From contig NC_042999.1 in the NCBI RefSeq assembly GCF_006345805.1, positions 107,508,001-107,572,000 on the forward strand: a stretch of DNA of 64,000 nucleotides. Reading direction: 5' to 3'. The notes under the pieces were generated by a model. It made no database searches. It was not told the origin of the DNA and was given only the letters and a program-made list of their open reading frames with translations. Of this stretch, positions 27,931 through 40,308 are shown piece by piece; the stretch's first letter is position 1, and each line of letters starts with the position of its first letter. The translations under genes and the position numbers were made by a program. The DNA is from Octopus sinensis. Lineage: Eukaryota.

Positions 27931-30900
27931 GTGTGAGTGTATGGGCATGGCTTATTGGTTAGGGTGTTGGACTCACGATCATAAGTTGTGATTTTGATTC
28001 CTGAGCCAGACGATGCATTATGTTCTTAAACAAAACACTTCGTTTCATGTTGCTCCTGTTCATTCAGCTGATAAAAATGAGTAATCTTGCAATGGACTGG
28101 CATCCTGTCCAGAGAAACCAGGAAATTAGCAGGCCTGATATTAGGGTTGGTGAAGTCATAGAAATTCTCTAACAACCACTTCTAACCCTTTCCAGAGGTA
28201 TGGCAAGAAGGCAAATCCTGCTGCCACACATATGTCCTTCCAGCAGCAACCCTCACCAACTAGAGTTTGACCATAGTCTCCAGCTGCTTCACAGAGCCAT
28301 CACAATTGAGCTTAACGTTCTGTTCAAAGAAGAGAGGAGGAATTCCCCAGCATGTGGATACAGTCAGAACACCTACTGCATCTCTTCCTGCTGGCCACAA
28401 CTTTGTAGTCTCTATTACAGCAGTTGTCCTTGTCACATCTTACTGCCTTTATGGTGTTTATAGAGCATTGAGCAGTAGTCAGGATTTCTATATTTTGATG
28501 CTCATTGCAAATTATTATGATATAGGTAACTCTCTCACCCATCTTTATGTTCTGAATTCAAATTCTGCCAAAGTCAACTTTGCCTGTCATCCTTTTGGGA
28601 CTGATAAAATAAGTACCAGTTGAGCACTGGTGTCGATGTAATCGACTTAACCCCACCCCTAAAATTGCAGGCCTTGTGGCAAACTTTAAAATCAATATCT
28701 AGATGGCTCCCAGTCATCCATTTCAGCTAAATTTTATCAACTACAACTTCAATGTTTGTGTTTTCCAATGCCATTGACTGTTCACCAATACATCAAGTTG
28801 TTCCTGAGAAAAAGAAGACGTAAAAAAAATTATCAAATTTAGCCTGAACACTCTGTATGTATGTGTACACACACATACATGCATGTGTGTGTGTGTATGT
28901 GTGTGTTATGTGTGTGTGTGTATGTATGTATATGTCTCACTCTCTATGTGTGTGTGTATGTGTGTTTGTTTCTTCCTGTTTGTGTCTATTGTTTATGTGC
29001 TGTGTAATATAAAATAAATTTAACTCTTCATGCACATATGTTGCCTTTCACAGCAAGATTACATACATTCCATGCTTCAAACATGTAGGGACTTGTTATG
29101 AAAAGAAACTTAGAAAGAAACTTAGAGAATATACTCCATCCTATTAAATACAAAGTCTCTTTGTGAAATAAAATCTAGAGGATATACATACCCCCTGTTA
29201 GTGGGTTCATGATACATGTATTAAATTGATGTCTCAGACATGGACTTTCAGCAGACCTCATCAAATCTTGTTCACTGTTGGTGTAATAGATTTAAGAAAA
29301 CGAACTCATAGGCATTTAGATAGTGTGCCTTAATTTACACAGTTATAACCTGTTAGATTTAATTCAATAATGTTAATGTAAGGCTTGATAATATAGAAAA
29401 TAAAAACACAATTAGCTCAACTAAAATAAATTCTGTAGTATTATCAACTCACATCTTGCATTAGTGTTTGTGATTAACCTTCATTAAACACCTAGAGTGA
29501 AATATTGCTTACTCTTTGAACTCAGATTAATCTCAGCTTCTAATCACACATTTCTCAGGTTCATGTTGTAATATATATCCAGGGATCACACTCTTTCCAG
29601 TTGTTTCCAAACTCTTGCAAACATTAGAAATGAATATATCACTTCTAATGCACATGTGGAAAGAAAACATTTATCTCAACATCAAGTGTTGATGTGCTGG
29701 ATAAAAGATTAAAAGACTTCTTCCAGGCATTTATTTTTCCTTTTTATCTTGAAATTTTAAAACAAGTGCATCGAAAGCTAACGGTGTGAATTTTGGTACA
29801 AAAAAGAAAAAAAGAAGAAGTAACATTACAAATTGAAATGAAGATAGAACTGGGTTAGATAGAATCAGATTCAGCTTGAACACATCGATTTCAAGTCTGT
29901 GGGGGCTTGCAAAGGTCATAGGTACAACCCTTGCTCTTGAATAACCCACAAAGTGAAATACAGAACTTCAGATGTAAACATCTTGGCAGCTTCAAGAGAA
30001 GACACAGTTGTATCTTTTCTTTTTTAACTTGAAACAGGTTTTACTTAACTTTCTATAACTCAATGAATGTACACAATTTATTGAGTAAAGAGCATTTTGT
30101 AAATAACTTAAGAGGATTCTATGTAGTTTTGCATAAAAAGAGAATTTGAAGAATTATAGCTGTAATGAGGAGACTAAATGCTGCAACCTAAGTAACAAAT
30201 TTGCAGTAAAAGTAGAAATCAAAATATTGATATCAACTCTCTTCATGATGATCATTAAGCTTCTATCTACTACCACCATCAGCAACAACAGCCGTCCAAG
30301 AATTTGGACCTGGAGATTTCCATTTCCGGTGACTTCGAGGGCCACCTCCCACTGGTGTCGGGCATTAACAAAGAGCCCTCAACTACAAGACAACCAAGGT
30401 TTTTTTTTCCAAGGTCTGGGGTCTCCCGCCCCTAAGCCCTAGACCATCACCTAATCACCCTTATCCATCTTGTTGCTTAACAACAACAACAACCAGCAAC
30501 AACAATAACAATGAAGAACTCTTGATTGAATGCACATTGGAATCTCTGGACTCCAAACCTTATTTTCTAGCAAAAATATTAAATAACAAAAGATGAAAAC
30601 ATGGAAAAAAAAAAATCCAGCTAGGTAGTAGAAAAATGCCAAATGATGGTCAAAAAGTGTACCAGTTATTTGCAAGGGTCACAGATGCTAATTAGCATTG
30701 GAGTAACAGCTGTGTTCTTTAGTCATGAAGGATGGAGACAAGAACTGAAATTTCTTACAGATTGATAGGTAAGCAAACTTTAGTCATACCAGATTCACTG
30801 GAATATATGATAGCATGAATAACAATTTATTGAATAGCATGTTGAGATGCTTGATGTGAGCAAGTGATAAGTTCTGTCAACTTAGTAACGTAATTTGTAA

Positions 30901-31499
30901 AGGAAGCATGGTTAGTTATTGCAAAGTGGCTAAGATCTAAGAAAAATAAAAATTATGTTTAGAACTGCCACATCTGTTGGCATCAAAGGAATTTATTTCT
31001 ATAGAAAAAAAAAAGAAGACTATGATATTTGTCTAAGATACACAACGTTGTGTGGTAGTGAAAACGTCAGTTTATAAGATTTATAGTGACTGGGTAAAAA
31101 CAAGTTGAATGTAGTGTGTGTTGAATATACAACTAACTTACAAGAAAGATTAAGCGTAAGTGAATTGAGAAAGTAAACAGACACCAAAGGTATTAGATGA
31201 TGTAAACAAGATAATATTTTTAAAAAAATAATTAGAAAACATTGTGTCGATATGGTCATGTAATTCAAATGGATTATTTTTTTAAAATTCTTTTACTAGT
31301 TTTAGTCATTGGAATGCAGCCATACTGGAGCACTGCCCTCAGTAGTTTTAGTTGGTTTTTATTAACCTCAGTATTTATTTCCATTTAGTACTTGTTTTAT
31401 CAATCTATATTTTTATTGAGGAGCTAAGCAAACTTTTGTGAAACTTGCTTGTTTTTAACCACTGGTGCTGTGTCAAATGGTTAAACATGTTTGACACAG

Positions 31500-31900
31500 T
31501 AGGAGTGGCTGTGTGGTAAGTAGCTTGCTTACTAACCACATGGTTCCAGGTTCAGTCCTACTGCGTAGCACCTTGGGCAAGTGTCTTCTACTATAGCCTC
31601 AGGCCGACTAAAGCCTTGTGAGTGGATCTGGTAGACGGAAACTGAAAGAAGCCTGTCATATATATGTATATGTATATATATGTGTGTGTGTGTTTCTGTG
31701 TCTGTGTTTGTCCCCCTAGCATCGCTTGACAACCAATGCTGGTGTGTTTACATCCCCATATCTTAGCGATTTGGCAAAAAAGACTGATAGAATAAGTACT
31801 AGGCTCACAAAGAATAAGTCCTGGGGTCGATTTTCTCAACTAAAGGCGGTGCTTCAGCACGGCTGCAGTCAAATGACTGAAACAAGTAAAAGAGTAAGAG
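31500..31900 (+). mobile_element. SINE family A, full length
   Basis: ggagtggctgtgtggtaagtagcttgc...ttgggcaagtgtcttctactatagcc...aaatgactgaaacaagtaaaag. Confidence 0.9.
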
Positions 31901-31929
31901 AGTATGTAAAAACACAAACACAAACAGAT

Positions 31930-32269
31930 ATGAGGATCAGCTGAAAAGTTCATAGGTTGGCTAAGATACTCTCATAGAATGTGACCAAATGAGCTTTAGT
32001 TTTCAACATAGTCCCCTTTGGTGTTGCAGTATTTTGATCCCATTCTTTTCTTTTATTCTTTTATTTGTTTCAGTCATTTGACTGTGGCCATGTTAGAGCA
32101 CCACCTTCAGTCGAGCAAATCGACCCCGGGACTTATTCTTTGTAAGCCTAGTACTTATTTTATCGGTTTCTCTGCTGAACCACTAAGTGATGGGGAGGTA
32201 AACACACCAGCATTGGTTGTCAAGCGATGTTGGTGGACAAACACAGACACACAAACATATACATACATA

Positions 32270-32303
<34 letters not shown>

Positions 32304-33160
32304 TACAACGGGCTTCTTTTCAGTTTCCATCAACCAAATCCACTCACAAGGCTTTGGTTGGTCCGAGGCTATAGTAGAAGACACTTGCCCAAGGTGCCAC
32401 ACAGTGGGACTGAACCCGGAACCATGTGGTTGGTAAGCAAGCTACTTACCACACAGTCACTCCTGCACCGTTGATGAAGAAGCTTCCATCCAGTTGGTCG
32501 AAAAGTCATCAACAACAGATATAATATTACTGCAATACTGGTTCCCAGCCACTCACATGGCTTTGGTAAGTCTGCTACAGGGACATTTAGCATATTTTGG
32601 CAATCTTATGGTGATGAGGCAATGGGTCATACACAATGCTTTGAGTGGCGTGAGCACTTCAAAAGTGGAAGAATGTACCTAGAAGACAATGAGGGATCTG
32701 GAAGACATACCACAAAGTCACCCCTAGAAATGTGGTATCACATATCGAAAAATTTGACCCCTAAGACCAGACCATAAATTGAGAGTTCTACTGCAACGTT
32801 TCGAAGCATTTGAGGAAGAACATTCAGTGAAAGTGACCAGATCTGTGGAGCATGAAGAAATGGATTCTTCACTCTTGAGGTTCTCACAAAAAACAACATG
32901 GTATCATTTCCACACCCATCCTATTCACCAGATTTAGCACCAGCTGACTTCCATCCCTTCCCAAAGATGAAAATGCAGTTCAAAGGTAACTGTTTTAACA
33001 CCATTGTCGAGATCCAGAGTGAATTGTAAAAGGTCCTCAACTTGCTTACAGCAAACAACTTCAAGGCTGGATTCCAAAAGTGGCAGGAATGCTGGTACTG
33101 GTGTATTGCTGCACAAGGTGACTGTTTCAAAGATGATGTTAAAACATAACTAGTCCTGGA
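31930..33160 (+). mobile_element. Mariner remnant interrupted by SINE A (32045-32470, minus)
   Basis: HPSYSPDLAPADFHPFPKMKMQFKG at ~32910-32990; TIR-like start tatgaggatcagctgaaaagttcatag. Confidence 0.8.
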
Positions 33161-33179
33161 ATTTTTATATATCACCATC

Positions 33180-33480
33180 ATTATCGTCGTTGTTTAACGT
33201 CCACTTTCCATGCTGGCATGGGTTGGATGGTTTGACTGAGGACTGGCGAGCCAGGAGGCTTTACCAGGCTCCAATCTGATCTGGCAAAGTTTCTACAGCT
33301 GGATGCCCTTCCTAATGCCAACCCCTCTGAGAGTGTAGTGGGTGCTTTTACGTACCACTGGCATGAGGGCCAGTCAGGCGGTACTGGCAACGACCACACT
33401 CAAAAGGTATTTTTTACATACCACCTGCATGGGAGCCAGTCTGGCAGCACTGACAACAATCACACTCAAATGGCATCACA
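33180..33480 (-). mobile_element. RTE 3' UTR fragment
   Basis: Same tail family as 151-465. Confidence 0.75.
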
Positions 33481-33718
33481 GTAGTCATAAAATCGTAAAA
33501 AATAGGGATTTTCATAGAAAAAAAGCACCTTTTTGATGTAAATAATTTTTGGTGTTAACATGGTCTGATTTGAATTTTTTCTTCTACAGAAGGAAGAGCA
33601 AGCCTTCTTCTATCATACTCTCAATTTTGGTCAACTTGCGTTGCAGGGTCTCGGAGGAGATAGTGTGAGTTGAAGGCTACCAAACCTGCCATACACAGAC
33701 AACTTCAGCTTTATATAT

Positions 33719-33760
<42 letters not shown>

Positions 33761-33764
<4 letters not shown>

Positions 33765-34852
33765 TATATAAAGTAGTTGTATGCTGTCAACTTTATGTGA
33801 CAGTCCCATGAAGGAAATAATACAACAGCTATTTAGCCCTAGGAAGCAGCACTGCTTCCTGTCAGCCTTAACACATTTCCTGTGTCCTTATGTTTAGAAA
33901 TGTATTATTTCTATTTTTGAAAACATCAAAGACTTTTCTACTCTTCTTGAGCATCAAACTAATACACGTGCTTGTTGTTCCCTCACCTGTCTTCATTTTT
34001 TATTTTCTGTAAATTTGAACCATATATATCTCTCTTTTCTTTTTTTTCTCTTTTACTTGTTTCAGTCATTTGACTGCGGCCATGCTGGAGCATCGCCTTT
34101 AGTCGAGCAGATCGACCCCGGGACTTATTCTTTGTAAGCCCAGTACTTATTCTATCGGTCTCTTTTGCCAAACTGCTAAGTGACAGGGACATAAATACAC
34201 CAGCATCGGTTGTCAAGCAATACTAGGGGGACAAACACAGACACACAAACATATGCACACACATACATATATATATATATGCATATATATATATATAATA
34301 TATATATATATTATATATATATATATAAATTATATAAAGTAGTTGTATGCTGTCAACTTTATGTGACAGTCCCATGAAGGAAATAATACAACAGCTATTT
34401 AGCCCTAGGAAGCAGCACTGCTTCCTGTCAGCCTTAACACATTTCCTGTGTCCTTATGTTTAGAAATGTATTATTTCTATTTTTGAAAACATCAAAGACT
34501 TTTCTACTCTTCTTGAGCATCAAACTAATACACGTGCTTGTTGTTCCCTCACCTGTCTTCATTTTTTATTTTCTGTAAATTTGAACCATATATATCTCTC
34601 TTTTCTTTTTTTTCTCTTTTACTTGTTTCAGTCATTTGACTGCGGCCATGCTGGAGCATCGCCTTTAGTCGAGCAGATCGACCCCGGGACTTATTCTTTG
34701 TAAGCCCAGTACTTATTCTATCGGTCTCTTTTGCCAAACTGCTAAGTGACAGGGACATAAATACACCAGCATCGGTTGTCAAGCAATACTAGGGGGACAA
34801 ACACAGACACACAAACATATGCACACACATACATATATATATATATGCATAT

Positions 34853-34886
<34 letters not shown>

Positions 34887-35430
34887 AATTATATAAAGTA
34901 GTTGTATGCTGTCAACTTTATGTGACAGTCCCATGAAGGAAATAATACAACAGCTATTTAGCCCTAGGAAGCAGCACTGCTTCCTGTCAGCCTTAACACA
35001 TTTCCTGTGTCCTTATGTTTAGAAATGTATTATTTCTATTTTTGAAAACATCAAAGACTTTTCTACTCTTCTTGAGCATCAAACTAATACACGTGCTTGT
35101 TGTTCCCTCACCTGTCTTCATTTTTTATTTTCTGTAAATTTGAACCATATATATCTCTCTTTTCTTTTTTTTCTCTTTTACTGTTTCAGTCATTTGACTG
35201 CGGCCATGCTGGAGCATCGCCTTTAGTCGAGCAGATCGACCCCGGGACTTATTCTTTGTAAGCCCAGTACTTATTCTATCGGTCTCTTTTGCCAAACTGC
35301 TAAGTGACAGGGACATAAATACACCAGCATCGGTTGTCAAGCAATACTAGGGGGACAAACACAGACACACAAACATATGCACACACATACATATATATAT
35401 ATATGCATATATATATATATATATATATAT
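33761..35430. repeat. Tandem triplication of a ~560-566 bp unit (PLE-tail piece, half SINE A, TA tract)
   Basis: Units start at 33761, 34327 and 34886; they differ visibly only in TA tract length and a 1 nt deletion near 35180. Confidence 0.95.
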
Positions 35431-36595
35431 ACACCGGTCTCACGCCATTTACGCTCCACCGGTCACTCCTTGCAACACCTATCTGTGTTCGGTTTGTCCT
35501 TACACAGAGGCCATCCGGATTTCCGTTTGCGCCGTGAACAGGAATTAATCTTCTCTCTTCGCTCTTATACGCCATTTGGTCTCAACTCTCCCCCCCTCCT
35601 CATCTAACCTCACCCCCCTCCTCACCTATCCTTTCTCCCCCCGACCCCTACTTCTTCAGTCCTTCATCCTTTCACCCCTACTCCCCTTCCCTTCTTCCTC
35701 TTTCTCCCTCCCTCTTCCCCTTCCCTCTGCTCCCTCACTCCCTCTCTCCCCTTCTCTCTCCCCCTCTCCCTCTTTCCTCCTTCATCCCCCTCATCCCCTT
35801 CCTTCTCCCCATCCTCTCCTCTCCCCCCTTCTCCTCCCCCTCTTCTTCCCCTCCCCTTCTCTCCCCCTCTTCTCCCCCTCCCCTCTTCTCCCCCTCCCCT
35901 CTTCTCCTCACTACACCACATGACTTTACACATCACATCACATATGATGTGCCATACTAATACACACACCAACTAATACATACTAATACGTACTAATACA
36001 TACTAGTACATACTAATACTTACACCAACCCTATACATACACACGTCCAGACCCCGCATACGCACTTATACTCTCTCACACACACACACACACACCTATA
36101 CATACCAATACGTACTAATACATACTAATACATACTAATACATACACCAACCCCATACATACGCACGTCCAGACCAATCTTACGCACTAATACTCTCTCA
36201 TACACACACACACACACACCCTTATACATACTAATACATACACCAACCCTATACATACACACATCCAGACCCCTCCCACGCACTTTTAGCTGGTCCCTCA
36301 ACCCTTTTATCAACCCTATTATCTCCCCTTATTTCGCTCTCGCGTCTCATGTTTGATCTTTGACCTCTGGCCGAAATCAGATCGCCATGTTGATTCGTTA
36401 GCTACTGCACGCATTTTTTTTCTCTCCTTCTTTCTGTGTTTTTCTCTCTCTGTGTATCTTTCTGTTGAAGAGCGTAGGCTCGAAACGTTAAAGACTTGTT
36501 TTATTTATATTTCCTGAGCGCCATACTAATACAATTGTTCGTTTGTTTTCCACCTGCCTTCGTCTTTTGTTTATTTTCATAAAGCTTCCCGTTAT
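35431..36595 (+). mobile_element. 5'-truncated Penelope-like element: GIY-YIG C-terminus, long 3' UTR, HHR, tail
   Basis: TPVSRHLRSTGHSLQHLSVFGLSLHRGHPDFRLRREQELIFSLRSYTPFGLN; inserted into (TA)n; HHR at 36457. Confidence 0.8.
36457..36494 (+). ncRNA. Minimal hammerhead motif (A6U)
   Basis: TCTTT-CTGTTGA-A-GAGC(GTAG)GCTC-GAA-ACGT-T-AAAGA. Confidence 0.7.
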
Positions 36596-36789
36596 ATATA
36601 TATATATATATATACATATATACGACAGGCTTCTTTCAGTTTCCATCTACCAAATCCACTCACAAGGCATTGGTTGGCCCGGGGCTATAGCAAAAGACAC
36701 TTGCCCAAGATGCCACACAGTGGTACTGAACCCGGAACCATGTGGTTGGTAAGCAAGCTACTTACCACACAGCCACTCCTGCATATATA

Positions 36790-37590
36790 ATAAATAGTAA
36801 TTAATGAGTTTTGAATGGCACAGCAATGCACTGTAATAACAACAATGGACTATAATAACTGTTATAATTTAATCATCCATAGTCTGATATAATATTTCAG
36901 AATATAAAATTTCTTCTTCAGATATCCCTAGGGGTTGATCGAGTCACTGCTACAATCAATTTTCCAATTGCTTTTTCTTTTCCCCACCTCTTTTTTTTAT
37001 TTTTCTTTCCCCCAAAGTGTCTCATGACGCGCCTTCCAGAAGTCCTTGTGAGAAGTGCATCAAGGCAGTCATGTCTCAGGCTCATGTGTGCTAGCACATC
37101 TATAGCGCTGCTTCTAAATTATGTATTATACATGCAGTTTCCTTTGTTTTCCCTTTCTCCTTCCCTTTTTTTGTTCCTTTTCTCTTCCCCTTTTTTTTTA
37201 TAAATAATACATGAGCATGTCATAAAAAAAAAAATCTTACACACATCCAGATGTAGCTAAAGAATATATTGACTGCCAAGCTCCTGTCTGTTGTTGATTT
37301 GGGGCCCTAGTCTGTCTATGAGAATCGCTCCCTTAATTCTTAAATTACCCAAATTTCTTTCATTGGCCTCAATTGTAACAGTTATTCTTTTGTCAGTATT
37401 CTGGCAGCTGTCTAGATGTCTTTTGAAGGAGAAGGCTCTTGTATTCAGATGTTCTTTGATGCGAATGTGTGCTATCCACATAGAACTTGTTGCACTTGTT
37501 ACGTTGTATTCTATACACAACATTTACCCATTGGCATAAGTCTGTGTCACAGATGGGACAGTTTGCTAGTGTACATTGATTGCTGTCCCT
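36790..37590 (-). mobile_element. PLE 3' fragment (frameshifted GIY-YIG, 3' UTR with HHR)
   Basis: CPICDTDLCQWVNVVYRIQRNKCNKFYV plus HIRIKEHLNTRAFSFKRHLDSC...RIKGAILIDRLGPQINNRQEL. Confidence 0.8.
36886..36926 (-). ncRNA. Minimal hammerhead motif, intact core
   Basis: GATAT-CTGAAGA-AGAA(ATTTTATA)TTCT-GAA-ATAT-T-ATATC, ~330 nt 3' of the endonuclease stop. It is AT-rich, so a chance match cannot be fully excluded. Confidence 0.65.
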
Positions 37591-37739
37591 TACCCGTTTC
37601 CTTGCAGATATATATATATATATATATATATACGTATGTATGTATACTAGACAATTTAGTTGCCCGGGTTCTTTTTTCCCAGAGTGCTTAAAGAGGTATC
37701 CATCTGGATTTAGATAATCCTTGTTTTCCACCATTTCAT

Positions 37740-37768
37740 ATCTATCTGTCTATGTATCTATAGATAGC

Positions 37769-37843
<75 letters not shown>

Positions 37844-37971
37844 GCAGATAGGTAGTTAGGTAGGTAGGTAGGTAGGTAGGTAGGTAGGTAGGTGGATGGA
37901 TGGATGGATGGATGGGTGGGTGGGTGGGTGGGTGGGTGGGCGAATGGATGGATAGATAGATAGAAAGATAT

Positions 37972-38037
<66 letters not shown>

Positions 38038-38065
38038 GGATGGATGGATGGATGGATGGATGGAC
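37740..38065. repeat. Compound tetranucleotide array (GATA/GGTA/GGAT/GGGT)
   Basis: Direct reading. Confidence 0.95.
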
Positions 38066-38880
38066 TAGTTTATGTTTAATAAAAAATAAATATTTACCTA
38101 TGATTTAAATTCATCTCCTTCAAAATAGTCACATTGTGTGGCAATACACTGGTACCAGTGTTCCTACCACTTTTGGAATCAAGCCTGGGAGTTCATTTTC
38201 CATAAGTAAGTCGAAGACCTTCTGCAATTCACTCTGGATCTTGACAACGGTGTAAAAACAGCGACCTTTGAGCTGCATCTTCATTTCAAGGAAGAGATGG
38301 AAGTCTGCAGGTGCTAAATCTAGTGAATAGGATGGGTATGAAAGTGATACTATATTGTTTTTGGTGAGAAACTCAAGAGTGAGGAGAACTCAGTGACAGG
38401 GTGTATTGTTGTCATAAAGAATCCAGTTCTTTGTGCTCCACAGATCTGGTCACTTTCGCCGAATGTACTTCCTCAAATACTTCTAAACATTGTAGTAGAA
38501 CTCTCAAATAATGGCCTGGTCTTGAGGGAACAGATTCTCAATACACAATACCACAGATGTAGTAACAAATGATGAGTATGCTCTTGATTGAGTTGCAGCT
38601 CTGTCATGCCTTTTAAAGCACCCATGCCACTCAAAACTTTGCATTCAACTCATTGCCTTATTGCCATACGCTTGTCGAAGTATGCTCAATGTCTTTGTAG
38701 CAGACTTCCCAAGTTTAATGCAAAATTTCATGTTGGTTCTTTATTCCAGCATCCTGTCCATAACAAAAATCACAGACTACAGCAGACACATGATCACAAA
38801 ATACAAATTTTACAACTTTCAAAGTAAGCATGGCAATGTCACTCAGCACACTGCTACATGAAGGTCACTGCACATGCACC
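38065..38880 (-). mobile_element. Mariner remnant, same family as 31930-33160
   Basis: 38100-38400 is reverse-complement homologous to 32860-33160. Confidence 0.75.
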
Positions 38881-39030
38881 CATGTGCTGCCATCTGTTGG
38901 CATGCTACAAAACCTGTCTAGGAACTTTTTGATACAAAGACAAAGAGAGAGGTGGGCAGACAGACAAACAAGCAGGCAGGTAGGTAGGCAGGCAGGTAGG
39001 TAGGCAGACAGACAGACAGACAGACAGACT

Positions 39031-39108
<78 letters not shown>

Positions 39109-40276
39109 CAAACAGACAGAAGGCAGACAGACAGGCAAACAGACAGACAGACTGATAGACAGACATGCATACATATGGATATATGGACAGCTGGTGAGAT
39201 GGGCCAACAGACAGTCAGAGAGAGAGATAGATACACACACAGACACACACACACACAATAGGCTTGTGCATAGCTTCTGTTTAACACATTCTACTCACAA
39301 AGTCTACAGATATAAGACCCTAGTGTAAGGTACAAAGCTGTGAGATTGAAACCAGAACCTCCATTATTGCAAAGCAAACTTTTTAATCAAACAGCCATGC
39401 CTGTCCATATAAAAATGTAAATTTCTAAAATGAAAGTTCCTAATGGAATAGATAAAAAAATATGGATTCTAGAGGAACTAGTGATATCAGTCCTCTGAGT
39501 ACCTGGTTTCCTAGTTGAGTTGATGGAGAAAATAACTGAGTAAAAAGCTGTTCTATTATAGAGTCATCATCTGATATGAAAAAATAATGTGGAGAAAGAG
39601 AAGAAGAAGGGTGAATAGAGAGGGGTATGAAGAGTGTGAAATAGAGAATAAGATACAAGGGAAAATAGTACAGAGTAACAAGTGAGAAGGAGAGAGAGAC
39701 CCAATGAATAATGCATTTATGCATACACATTTACTCCATGGCAGATATACATAACTTTGTATAGATATTGCGATATAGATATTTACACATTTACATATAT
39801 ATTATATACATACAAATATATGATGAGCTGCATATGTATGGGTGTAGGCATGTTTATGTATAATAGTAAGAAAAAAAAGATAGATAACAATTATTTGATA
39901 TATCAAGACACAGATGTACATAATGTTTGATTAAATGTGAAGAAATATCATTAAATATTCCCCTGAACTAAGTGAATATTTGAATTGAGAACATGATACA
40001 CATTAGGTTGCTGTCTATGATTATAATAACTACATGAAATAGTGAAAATATGTATGGAGATTAAAAACAACAAAACTATAAGCATAACAAATAAATCTCT
40101 CTCTGGGTGACATTAGTTAAAAAAATATATATATATATATTTTCAGTTGATCAATAAAGTTTTGTATTTAAATGACAAGGACTGCTTCATTAACCAACTT
40201 CTGTTGATAGCTAATGGCAGTGAAATTTAGACCTACTGTTGTTATGTTGTTTCTTTAGACTTAAAAAAAAAACAGG

Positions 40277-40308
<32 letters not shown>

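Noticed and set aside
33820-33875. AGGAAGCAG-CA-CTGCTTCCT hairpin beside a cagctatttagccc motif in the triplicated unit
   Set aside because: May be a stem II relic on the minus strand, but there is no core
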